Of a DNA stretch of 32,000 bases, positions 15,738-24,710 are shown piece after piece. The notes under the pieces were generated by a model. It made no database searches. It was not told the origin of the DNA and was given only the letters and a program-made list of their open reading frames with translations. The position numbers were made by a program, and so were the translations under genes. Origin of the DNA: Clostridia bacterium (GTDB taxonomy: Bacteria; Bacillota; Clostridia; UMGS1883). The stretch spans positions 11,386 through 43,385 of the forward strand of contig JAZPYX010000030.1 of the NCBI GenBank assembly GCA_045544395.1. The letters are read 5' to 3'. Numbering within the stretch: the first letter of the stretch is position 1; each line of letters starts with the position of its first letter.

Positions 15738-16803
15738 CAAAGTAAAGTTTGTTCATATAATTTTTAGAAACGAAGTGAAATTTGGAACTCGTGTAGTAAA
15801 GTTTCTTAATGAACAGGAAGAATATTTTGACTCTTCTCAACATCTTTTTGTTACACCTCATAAGCTTGCTTATGAGGCTGTAAAAGAATATTCCAATGTT
15901 GTTTTAGACGAAGAAAACGTAAACCTTATCAACAAGTATGCTCCAATGTGTAAGTGGATTATCTGTCATGGGCATTTTAATGCTGGTGATATACTTAACA
16001 TTAAAAATAAATATTTGCATAAGGTCATTTACAGATATTGGGGAGGGGGATTCGGCTTTCAGTATAAAAAAGGACAACTTATACAGAACCTTATGAAAAT
16101 CCCTGCCAATATTGAATTAAAGCGCAGATTTAATTCATTTGCAGCAATCGGTATTGCGAAAAATACAGATATTATTTCATTAAGTAAATATCTAAAATCA
16201 CAAAAGTACTATCGCATACCGTATACCGGTGTGGACAGTGAAAGTATTCTTGAAAGAGAACGCGATAGAGTATACGAAGATGATGGTATCCTAAATATTG
16301 CTCTTTATCACCGCGGAACAGTTGAAGGAAATCATATAGAAATCCTTAAAAAACTTGAACGTTTTGGGGGTAAGATTCGTGTATATGTTCCGCTTTCTTA
16401 CGGTGATGAAAAATATATAGAAAAAGTCAAGTCATACGTAAAAGACAACTCTCATGAAAACGTGATTATTGTGGATGAGTTCATGGAATATGAAGATTAT
16501 GTTGGTCTTATTAATCGTATGGATGTAGGTATATTTGACTGTACTACCTCTACAGCTCTCGGTAACGTTGCGGTTTATCTTTACCTCAAAAAGAAAATGA
16601 TTCTCAACCGTGAAGGCGTAATAAAAAAAGCTTTTGATGAAGAAAACATTCCTCATTGGTTTGTGGATGAACTCGATACAATTTCTATTGAACAACTAAA
16701 ACAAATGCCTGAATATCCTGAAGGTGTACATTATGATCTTATGCCTCTGGGAAAAACAAGGTCAATAGAAGCATGGAAGAAGATTTTTAATGATTTTAAT
16801 TAA
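15724..16803 (+). CDS. GT56-like glycosyltransferase (WecF-like 4-acetamido-4,6-dideoxyhexosyl transferase)
   Basis: 359 aa from the ATG at 15724, which is the length I recall for E. coli WecF. Block resemblance to WecF: CHGHFN..(x)..YRYWGGGFG corresponds to FHGQFN...HIWGADLY. IRVYVPLSYGD.KYIEKVK corresponds to VKVVVPMGYP...YIEEVR. YEDYVGLINRMDVGIF corresponds to FDAYLALLRQCDLGYF. LNRE is shared. AAGGAG RBS 10 nt upstream. Overlaps the wzy 3' end by 14 nt. Confidence 0.6.
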   Translation: MKETDKVKFVHIIFRNEVKFGTRVVKFLNEQEEYFDSSQHLFVTPHKLAYEAVKEYSNVVLDEENVNLINKYAPMCKWIICHGHFNAGDILNIKNKYLHKVIYRYWGGGFGFQYKKGQLIQNLMKIPANIELKRRFNSFAAIGIAKNTDIISLSKYLKSQKYYRIPYTGVDSESILERERDRVYEDDGILNIALYHRGTVEGNHIEILKKLERFGGKIRVYVPLSYGDEKYIEKVKSYVKDNSHENVIIVDEFMEYEDYVGLINRMDVGIFDCTTSTALGNVAVYLYLKKKMILNREGVIKKAFDEENIPHWFVDELDTISIEQLKQMPEYPEGVHYDLMPLGKTRSIEAWKKIFNDFN

Positions 16804-16817
16804 GTGACGGTGGGGAA

Positions 16818-18266
16818 ATGGATAGTAAAAAGGTTTTAACAAATTTAATATGGCGTTTCCTGGAAAGAAGCGGTGCGCAGATAGTAAGCTTTGTTGTGTC
16901 AATCATTCTCGCGAGACTTTTATGCCCTGAAGATTATGGGGTTATTGCTCTTGTAACTGTTTTTATCACGGTGTTACAGACTTTTGTGGACAGCGGTTTC
17001 GGTAATGCGCTGATTCAGAAAAAAGATGCAGACGATGTGGATTTTTCGTCGGTATTTTATTTTAATATAACTTCCTGTGCAGTGCTGTATCTTATAATGT
17101 TTTTTGCGGCACCGTATATTGCAAAATTTTATAAAATTCCTCAACTTACAGCTATTGTTCGTGTTATAAGTCTTAAACTTGTTATTTCCGGACTTAAAAA
17201 TGTGCAGCAGGCATATGTATCAAAGCAGATGATGTTTAAAAAGTTTTTCTTTGCAACGCTTATAGGCACTGTAGGGGCGGCAATAGTTGGTATTGCAATG
17301 GCATATTGTGGATTTGGAGTATGGGCACTTGTAGCACAGCAGCTTTTTAACTTGTTTGTAGATACTGCTATTTTATGGTTTGTAGTTAAGTGGAGACCCA
17401 AGAGAGTATTTTCTTTTAAACGGCTTAAGGGACTTCTTTCTTATGGATGGAAATTACTTGCTGTATCACTTATGAATAATCTGTATAATGAATGCCGCCA
17501 GCTTGTAATCGGTAAGGTGTATACCCCTGCGTCTCTTGCAATTTACAATAAAGGCAGACAATTCCCTGATTTGTTTGTAAATAATATAAACACTTCGATA
17601 GACAGCGTGCTTCTTCCTGCATTGTCCCGTGAGCAAGATAATGCAAGCAATGTTAAAGCAATGACAAGACGTGCAATAAGAATCAGTAGCTTCATTATGG
17701 CTCCGTTTATGGTTGGACTTGCTTTAGTGGCAAAACCGCTTATATTGCTGCTTCTGACAGAAAAATGGGTAGAATGCGTGCCGTTTATGGTTGTTTTTTG
17801 TGTTTCGTTTTTGTTCAAACCTATTAATACGGCAAACCTTAACGCAATAAAGGCTATGGGAAGAAGTGATTTGTTTCTAAAAATAGATATCCTGAAAATT
17901 ATAGTTGGTATTATAACACTTGTCATTGCACTTCCTTACGGAACGTTTGCAATTGCAATAGGATTTCTTGCTGCTACAATTATAGGAATGATTATAAATG
18001 TCTTTCCTAATAAGAGTATGCTTGGTTACGGTTATATTGAACAGATTAAGGATTTACTTAATCCGATTATCCCGATTGCGGTAATGGTTATTACAACTTA
18101 TGCGGTAGGCCTTTTAAAACTTTCTCCGCTTCCGATGCTTTGTATACAAGTAACTGTGGGAATAGTTTCTTACATATCAACTTCGGCACTTACTAAAAAT
18201 GAATCTTTCCGCTATGCTTTGAATATGATGAAAAATCTTTTTAAAAAAAGAGGTAAACAAAAATGA
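16818..18266 (+). CDS. wzx: Wzx flippase (MOP/PST-family polysaccharide transporter)
   Basis: 482 aa with about 14 TM helices. The N-terminal NLIWRFLERSGAQIVSFVVSIILARLL...YGV and GFGNALIQ blocks are typical of PST-family flippases. Confidence 0.85.
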   Translation: MDSKKVLTNLIWRFLERSGAQIVSFVVSIILARLLCPEDYGVIALVTVFITVLQTFVDSGFGNALIQKKDADDVDFSSVFYFNITSCAVLYLIMFFAAPYIAKFYKIPQLTAIVRVISLKLVISGLKNVQQAYVSKQMMFKKFFFATLIGTVGAAIVGIAMAYCGFGVWALVAQQLFNLFVDTAILWFVVKWRPKRVFSFKRLKGLLSYGWKLLAVSLMNNLYNECRQLVIGKVYTPASLAIYNKGRQFPDLFVNNINTSIDSVLLPALSREQDNASNVKAMTRRAIRISSFIMAPFMVGLALVAKPLILLLLTEKWVECVPFMVVFCVSFLFKPINTANLNAIKAMGRSDLFLKIDILKIIVGIITLVIALPYGTFAIAIGFLAATIIGMIINVFPNKSMLGYGYIEQIKDLLNPIIPIAVMVITTYAVGLLKLSPLPMLCIQVTVGIVSYISTSALTKNESFRYALNMMKNLFKKRGKQK

Positions 18267-19462
18267 AAAAACTTATGATTCTGGGCGGCGCAAGATATAT
18301 ACTTCCAGTAATTGAAAAAGCAAAAAGAATGGGAATATACGTAATAACTTGTGACTATTTGCCTGATAATGTGGCACATAAATATTCCGATGAATATATA
18401 AATATAAGTATTGTTGATAAGGATGTTGTGCTTGACGGTGCGAAAAAAGCGAATATTGACGGTATTATGTCTTTCGCTTGTGACCCCGGAGTGGCGACTG
18501 CTGCCTATGTTGCTGAAAAAATGGGACTTCCCTTTGCAGGAAGTTATGAGGCAGTTTCAATACTTCAAAACAAAGACAAATTCCGTGCATTCCTTGAAAA
18601 GAATGGTTTTACAGTGCCTGCGTCAGGCGGTTACAGAACGCTTGAAGAGGCTCTCGGTGACCTTGATAAATTTACTTTCCCTGTGATTGTAAAACCTGTT
18701 GATTCTGCGGGAAGTAAGGGTGTAAGTCGTGTTGTCGATAAAAAAGATTTGGCTCCTTCCGTGGAATTTGCCCTTAAATATTCAATTGACGGCAGGTTTA
18801 TTATAGAGGACTTTATTGAAAAGAAAGGATTTTCGTCAGATTCAGACAGCTTTACTGTTGACGGAAAGTTCAGTTTTCTTTCATTTTCAGACCAAAGATT
18901 TGACGAAAATGCATCAAACCCCTATACGCCTGCAGCGTATAGCTGGCCTCCTACTATGGAGGAAGGCGCACAGAAAGAACTTGCTGATGAGCTTCAGCGT
19001 CTTGCTAAATTGCTTGACCTCAAAACTTCAGTATATAATATAGAAACCCGAGTAGGTACAAACGGCAAACCATATATAATGGAAGTTTCTCCCCGCGGTG
19101 GCGGAAACAGACTTTCGGAAATGTTATATCACGTAACAGACGTTGACCTTATAGAAAATGCAGTGCGTGCAGCAGTAGGTGAGCCTTTGGTGGATATGTG
19201 TCAGAAACCATATAATGGGTATCTTGCAGAAATCATTCTCCATAGTGAAAAAGAAGGTATTTTTAAAGAATTGTGGATCAACGAAGAAATAAAGGAAAAT
19301 GTTCTGGAAGAAGATTTGTGGGTGAAAGACGGTGACGGTGTCAGCGGATTTTCAGGCGCAAATGAAGCAATAGGTACGCTTGTTCTTAAGTTCGACAATC
19401 GTGAAATGATGGAAAAAGTACTTAAAAATCAGGATAATTATGTTAAAGTAGTTTTGAAATAA
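18263..19462 (+). CDS. ATP-grasp domain ligase, substrate unknown
   Basis: 399 aa. A pre-ATP-grasp Rossmann-like N-terminus (KKLMILGG) is followed by FPVIVKPVDSAGSKGV (phosphate loop), IIEDFIE and IMEVSPRGGGN (Mg-ATP site). ATGA-type overlap with wzx. Confidence 0.75.
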   Translation: MKKLMILGGARYILPVIEKAKRMGIYVITCDYLPDNVAHKYSDEYINISIVDKDVVLDGAKKANIDGIMSFACDPGVATAAYVAEKMGLPFAGSYEAVSILQNKDKFRAFLEKNGFTVPASGGYRTLEEALGDLDKFTFPVIVKPVDSAGSKGVSRVVDKKDLAPSVEFALKYSIDGRFIIEDFIEKKGFSSDSDSFTVDGKFSFLSFSDQRFDENASNPYTPAAYSWPPTMEEGAQKELADELQRLAKLLDLKTSVYNIETRVGTNGKPYIMEVSPRGGGNRLSEMLYHVTDVDLIENAVRAAVGEPLVDMCQKPYNGYLAEIILHSEKEGIFKELWINEEIKENVLEEDLWVKDGDGVSGFSGANEAIGTLVLKFDNREMMEKVLKNQDNYVKVVLK

Positions 19463-19472
19463 AGGTGAAATT

Positions 19473-20417
19473 ATGTGGGAAATCGGCGGATATATTGAAC
19501 TTGATACATACAATCTTCCAATGCTTCATGGAGAAGCGGTACTTCTTAACTCGGGAAGAAATGCTCTTGCCTATCTTATAAGAGCCAAGAAAATTGAAAA
19601 GATATATATTCCGAAATTTCTTTGTGATTCTGTAAGAAATGTATGTAAAAGAGAAAACATTAAAATAGAATACTATTCTGTTGGAATAAATTTTCTTCCC
19701 AAAGATTTACCCGAAACTATTGACGGATGGCTTTATATCGTAAATTATTACGGACAGATTAGTAATAACAAAATAAGAGAAATTGTTGTTAAATATAAAA
19801 ATGTTATTGTGGACAATGCACAAAGCTATTTTCAGATGCCGGTAGAAGGTGTTGATACCTTATACACCTGCCGTAAATTTTTTGGTGTGGCAGACGGTGC
19901 AATACTGTATACTGATAGATACATCGAATGCCTTGAAACAGATGAATCATTTTCAAGAATGAATTTTCTGCTTGGCAGATTTGAACGCACCGCATCTGAG
20001 TTTTATTCGGAATATGTAGCAAATAATGACTTTTTTGAAAATGAAGAAGTTAAGAAAATGTCAAAGCTGACGTATAATCTTTTACATGGTATTGACTATG
20101 AAAAAGTAAAAAAGCAGCGAACAGAAAACTTTTTAGTTTTACATAATGCTTTGAAAAATATAAATAAACTTTCACCAACTGTTCCCGACGGTGCATTTAT
20201 GTATCCGTTATATGTAGAAAATGGTGCAAAAATAAGAAAAGAACTTCAAAAGGAAAAAATTTATATTCCTACATTATGGGCAGATACGTTTGATGTTTGT
20301 GAAAAAGATGATATTCAGTGTGATATGGCAGAAAATATATTGCCACTTCCCTGTGACCAAAGATATGAAGATGCAGATATGTATCGAATTGTAGATTACA
20401 TTAAAAAGTATTTATAA
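19473..20417 (+). CDS. short, divergent DegT/DnrJ/EryC1-like (fold-type I PLP) protein, function unknown
   Basis: 314 aa. NSGRNALAYLIRA...IYIPKFLCDSV, VDNAQSYF (in place of DAAQA) and TCRKFFGVADGAILYT (in place of SFxxxKxxxxGEGG, with the lysine retained) follow the DegT order. The protein is about 50-60 aa shorter than canonical members. Confidence 0.45.
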   Translation: MWEIGGYIELDTYNLPMLHGEAVLLNSGRNALAYLIRAKKIEKIYIPKFLCDSVRNVCKRENIKIEYYSVGINFLPKDLPETIDGWLYIVNYYGQISNNKIREIVVKYKNVIVDNAQSYFQMPVEGVDTLYTCRKFFGVADGAILYTDRYIECLETDESFSRMNFLLGRFERTASEFYSEYVANNDFFENEEVKKMSKLTYNLLHGIDYEKVKKQRTENFLVLHNALKNINKLSPTVPDGAFMYPLYVENGAKIRKELQKEKIYIPTLWADTFDVCEKDDIQCDMAENILPLPCDQRYEDADMYRIVDYIKKYL

Positions 20418-20431
20418 CTAGGAGGAAGAAA

Positions 20432-21733
20432 ATGTATAATCTTGAAGGTAAAAAATTGATGGTTATGGACAGAACGGCTCTTGCGGCTTGTGCAGTAAAA
20501 AGAGCGAAAGAGCTTGGTGTAAAAACTATTGTAGCAAACTTTTATCCCACAGAAGAGTCTCCGTCTAAGCAGATTGCTGATGAAACTGTTGATATTGACA
20601 TTTCAAAAACAGATGAAATGCTCGCCCTTATTAAAGAAAGAGGCGTAGACGGAATTTTTGTGGGATGGACAGATTCGCACCTTCCTTTTTATGCAGACAT
20701 ATGTGAAAAGGCAGGTCTTCCTTGTTGTGGAACAAAAGAACAGTTTGACATTCTTTCCAATGATAAACGCAGATTCAAGGAAGTTGGCTTGAAATATGGT
20801 GTTCCCACCATTCCCGAATATAAGCTGGACATTAACTTAAAAAGGGAAGATCTTGATAAGATTGAATATCCCGTACTTGTAAAGCCTGCTGACGAAAGTG
20901 GTAGCCGCGGAATCAAGCGTTGTGATAATGAAGAAGATTTGGTTGAATATTACAAGGCTTTGTACGAACATTCCAAGAGTAAGAAAATTTTATGTGAAAA
21001 ATATATGGGAGATTGTAAAGAAATTTTCCTCCACTATACAATTCAGGACGGATATTGCAGCTTGTCCTCAACCTTTATGAAACAGAAAGCTGTTACAGAA
21101 GGTTCCGTAGCTTCTTCAGCGATTCTGCACGTATTCCCAACATCTTATGTTGACTTGTACAGAAAAACAACCGAGCCTGCAGTAATTAAACTTATAGAAG
21201 GTCTGGGTATTAAGAACGGCATTGTTATGTTTCAGGGGTTTATAGATGGCGACAAATTCTGCTTCTTTGAATCAGGACTCAGAATGGGTGGTGAGCAGTT
21301 CTATGTATTTGCTGCCCCCTTGAACGGTATCAACGCTTTAGATATGATGATTGAATTTTCATTAACGGGCAAGATGACTTGCGGTGATGCAAAAACTCAA
21401 GACAATCCCAATTTCTCAAAAAGCTGTGTAAACTATTATATCACATTAAAACCCGGAACAATTACAAAGATTAAAGGACTTGAAGAAGTTGAAGCAATGC
21501 CCCAGGTTCTGCAGAATGCAACCTTCCATAAAATAGGCGATACTATTCAAAAAACAAATGCATTGGACCGAGTTATTTATCGTCTGCATGTAATGGATGA
21601 TACAAAAGAAAAATTGGCAGAAACACTTTGTAAAATCAGTCATACATTGCAGGTGCTTGATGAAAACGGTAACGATATGCAGATTGAGTGTCTGACTTAT
21701 GAGAGAGCGTACGAGATGCTTGCAAATTCTTAA
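20432..21733 (+). CDS. ATP-grasp domain ligase, substrate unknown (paralogous architecture to 18263-19462)
   Basis: 433 aa. KKLMVMD N-terminus, YPVLVKPADESGSRGI phosphate loop, LCEKYM and FFESGLRMGGE. AGGAGG RBS. Confidence 0.75.
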   Translation: MYNLEGKKLMVMDRTALAACAVKRAKELGVKTIVANFYPTEESPSKQIADETVDIDISKTDEMLALIKERGVDGIFVGWTDSHLPFYADICEKAGLPCCGTKEQFDILSNDKRRFKEVGLKYGVPTIPEYKLDINLKREDLDKIEYPVLVKPADESGSRGIKRCDNEEDLVEYYKALYEHSKSKKILCEKYMGDCKEIFLHYTIQDGYCSLSSTFMKQKAVTEGSVASSAILHVFPTSYVDLYRKTTEPAVIKLIEGLGIKNGIVMFQGFIDGDKFCFFESGLRMGGEQFYVFAAPLNGINALDMMIEFSLTGKMTCGDAKTQDNPNFSKSCVNYYITLKPGTITKIKGLEEVEAMPQVLQNATFHKIGDTIQKTNALDRVIYRLHVMDDTKEKLAETLCKISHTLQVLDENGNDMQIECLTYERAYEMLANS

Positions 21734-21802
21734 AAGTAAGGAATATGATATTGCTTAACTGTAATAAAATGTTGTAAGTATATAATAACAGAGGTGTTTT
21801 AA

Positions 21803-22720
21803 TTGACAAAAGTATTGGTTTTAATGGGCGGAATTTCAACTGAGAGAGAGGTTTCCCTTCGCAGCGGTAAAGCCGTGGCAGAGGCTCTTTTTGAAAAAGG
21901 TTACGAAGTAAAAACTCTTGATATAACGAAAGAAACTATAGGTGAAATACAGGAAATTAATCCTGATGTGGTGTTCCTTGCACTTCACGGAAAGTACGGT
22001 GAAGACGGATGTATTCAAGGTATGCTTGAATGGATGGGGTATCCCTATACAGGCCCCGGTGTTGCATCAAGTGCAATCTGTATGGATAAAATTCTTACAA
22101 AGAAGATTCTTGTTAATCACAATATTCCGACACCGAAGTTTATGGAATTTAAATCTTTTAACAGTAGCATAAAAGAAACTATTCTTAAAAACTTTTCTTT
22201 GCCGGTTGTGCTTAAGGCGTGCTGTCAGGGTTCGAGCATCGGTGTCAGCATTGTAAATAACGAACAGCAGCTTGAGAAAGAAATCGAAGATACATTAAAA
22301 TACGGAGATAAGCTCCTTGTTGAGGAATTTGTTAAAGGAATTGAACTTACCGTTCCCATTATTGGTAATGAGAGCTACCGTGCACTTCCAATAATTGAAA
22401 TTACCTCAGAAAATGAATTCTACGATTATGAGTCAAAGTACACTCAGGGTATGTGTCAGCACATTATCCCTGCAAGAATTGATGAAGCTACATATAAAGC
22501 TGTTGAAAAAGCGGCACTCGATGCCTACGGTGCAACTGAATGCCGAGGATTTTCAAGAGTTGATGTAATCATTGATGAAAACAATAATCCTTATGTTATT
22601 GAAATAAATACTATTCCCGGAATGACATCTATGAGTCTTTTCCCGGATTCTGCACGCTATGCAGGAATAGAATTCCCCGAATTATTAGACGAAATAGTAA
22701 AACTCGCTCTTAAGAAATAA
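21803..22720 (+). CDS. ddl: D-alanine--D-alanine ligase
   Basis: 305 aa. KVLVLMGGISTEREVSLRSG, ALHGKYGEDG.IQG.LE, PVVLKA...GSS.GV, FYDYESKY (omega-loop Tyr retained, so D-Ala-D-Ala type) and EINTIPGMT. TTG start with GAGGTG 6 nt upstream. The first in-frame ATG would delete the conserved N-terminal strand. Confidence 0.9.
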   Translation: MTKVLVLMGGISTEREVSLRSGKAVAEALFEKGYEVKTLDITKETIGEIQEINPDVVFLALHGKYGEDGCIQGMLEWMGYPYTGPGVASSAICMDKILTKKILVNHNIPTPKFMEFKSFNSSIKETILKNFSLPVVLKACCQGSSIGVSIVNNEQQLEKEIEDTLKYGDKLLVEEFVKGIELTVPIIGNESYRALPIIEITSENEFYDYESKYTQGMCQHIIPARIDEATYKAVEKAALDAYGATECRGFSRVDVIIDENNNPYVIEINTIPGMTSMSLFPDSARYAGIEFPELLDEIVKLALKK

Positions 22721-22721
22721 G

Positions 22722-23822
22722 GTGAAAGTTTTGAACGAAAGAATAAACGTTACACGCTCCAGCATGCCCTCTTTTGAAGAATACTGCGAGGCGATAAGAC
22801 CAATATTTGAATCAAGATGGCTTACCAACGCAGGTCCCGTACATAATGACTTTGCAGAAAAAGTAAAGGGGTACTTAGGCGCAGAAAACATTTCTCTTTT
22901 TACAAATGGGCATCTTGCCCTTTGCATTGCACTCCGTGCATTAGGACTTACGGGTGAAGTTATTACGACACCGTTTACCTTTGCATCTACAACCCACGCA
23001 ATAGTTGACGCAGGTCTCGTACCCGTGTTCTGCGATGTGAATCCGGATACATATACTATTGATGCAGATAAAATAGAAGCATTAATTACTGATAAAACAA
23101 GTGCGATTATGCCTGTTCACGTGTATGGAAACGTGTGTGATGTGGAAAAGATAGATGCTATTGCAAAAAAGCACAATCTTAAAGTTATCTACGATGCAGC
23201 TCATGTTTTCGGCGTCAAAGTAGGTGACAAGGGAATCGGTACTTTTGGTGATGTCAGTATGTTCAGCTTCCATGCAACAAAGGTGTTTAACACCATTGAG
23301 GGCGGATGTCTTACATACAGTGACAAATCACTTGAAGCAAGGATTAATTCCCTTCGTAACTTTGGTTTAACAGGCCCCGAAAGTGTGGATATGCTTGGAA
23401 CGAATGCCAAAATGAATGAGTTTCAGGCGGCAATGGGACTTTGTAATCTTAAATATATTGACGGAGAACTTCAGAAAAGAGCTATTGCAGAAAACCGTTA
23501 CCGTGAAAGACTCTCGGGTATAGACGGTATAAAACTTTCCCCCATTCAGGAGGGAGTGGAACATAACCACGCATATTTCCCCGTCCAGTTTGACGGATAT
23601 AAATATAACCGTGATGAGGTAGCGGACAAGCTTTCGGCAGAAAATATTTTTGCAAGAAAGTATTTCTACCCCATTACAAACGAATTTTCCTGCTATAAGG
23701 ACAAGTTCAGGGGTGAAACACCGATAGCAAAGCATATTTCGGAAAATGTACTTACACTTCCGATGTATGCAGACCTCTCCGCAGAAGATGTAGACAGAAT
23801 ATGTGATATTATTTTGAAATAA
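22722..23822 (+). CDS. DegT/DnrJ/EryC1-family nucleotide-sugar aminotransferase (likely dTDP-4-keto-6-deoxyhexose 4-aminotransferase)
   Basis: 366 aa. TTPFTFASTTHAI, PVHVYG, YDAAHVFG and SFHATK (PLP lysine). The start is ambiguous: GTG at 22722, 1 nt after the ddl stop, or TTG at 22731, 6 nt after AAGGTG. Confidence 0.85.
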   Translation: MKVLNERINVTRSSMPSFEEYCEAIRPIFESRWLTNAGPVHNDFAEKVKGYLGAENISLFTNGHLALCIALRALGLTGEVITTPFTFASTTHAIVDAGLVPVFCDVNPDTYTIDADKIEALITDKTSAIMPVHVYGNVCDVEKIDAIAKKHNLKVIYDAAHVFGVKVGDKGIGTFGDVSMFSFHATKVFNTIEGGCLTYSDKSLEARINSLRNFGLTGPESVDMLGTNAKMNEFQAAMGLCNLKYIDGELQKRAIAENRYRERLSGIDGIKLSPIQEGVEHNHAYFPVQFDGYKYNRDEVADKLSAENIFARKYFYPITNEFSCYKDKFRGETPIAKHISENVLTLPMYADLSAEDVDRICDIILK

Positions 23823-23834
23823 AGGAACGTGAAA

Positions 23835-24710
23835 ATGATGAAAGGTATAATCTTGGCAGGCGGTAAAGGAACCCGTCTTTATCCTATGACAAAGGCAGTG
23901 TCAAAACAGCTTCTTCCTATTTACGACAAACCCCTTATATACTATCCTCTTTCAACTCTGCTTCTTGCAGGTATAAGAGAAATTCTTATAATTTCTACTC
24001 CCGAGGATACCCCTGTTTACGAAAAACTTCTGGGCACAGGCGAAAAGCTTGGTATCAGCATTACATACAAAGTACAGGATAGCCCCCGTGGACTTGCAGA
24101 TGCCTTTATCCTTGGTGAAGAATTTATAGGGGATGACAGTGTGTGTCTTGTTCTTGGTGACAATGTTTTCTACGGACAGAATTTCACAAAGATTTTACGC
24201 TCTGCTATGGAAAATAACACCGGTGCAACAATTTTCGGTTACCCTGTAAACGATCCCAGGGCATTCGGTGTAGTTGAATTTGACAAGGATTTCAACGTAG
24301 TATCAATAGAAGAAAAGCCTGAAAATCCCAAGTCAAAATATGCTGTTCCCGGACTTTATTTCTACGATAACAACGTTATTGAAATTGCGAAGAATGTTAA
24401 ACCCTCTGCCCGTGGCGAAATTGAAATCACTGCAGTGAATAACGAGTATCTCCGCCGCGGTAATCTTAAGGTTAGACTTTTTAATCGTGGTATGGCGTGG
24501 CTTGATACAGGTTCCCCGTCGGGTATGCTTCAGGCAAGTCAGTTTGTGCAGACAGTGCAGACTGTTCAGGGTATGTATATTTCCTGTATAGAGGAAATTG
24601 CATATCGCAGAGGTTTTATCACAATAGAGCAGCTTCGTAAAATTGGAGAAGAGCTTAAAATGACAGAATACGGACAGTATCTTCTCTCAATATACAAGGA
24701 GGAAAAGTAA
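23835..24710 (+). CDS. rfbA: glucose-1-phosphate thymidylyltransferase
   Basis: [37 protein letters not shown] and YFYD. About 291 aa. I prefer the ATG at 23835 (AAGGA 8 nt upstream) to the GTG at 23829. Confidence 0.95.
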   Translation: MMKGIILAGGKGTRLYPMTKAVSKQLLPIYDKPLIYYPLSTLLLAGIREILIISTPEDTPVYEKLLGTGEKLGISITYKVQDSPRGLADAFILGEEFIGDDSVCLVLGDNVFYGQNFTKILRSAMENNTGATIFGYPVNDPRAFGVVEFDKDFNVVSIEEKPENPKSKYAVPGLYFYDNNVIEIAKNVKPSARGEIEITAVNNEYLRRGNLKVRLFNRGMAWLDTGSPSGMLQASQFVQTVQTVQGMYISCIEEIAYRRGFITIEQLRKIGEELKMTEYGQYLLSIYKEEK

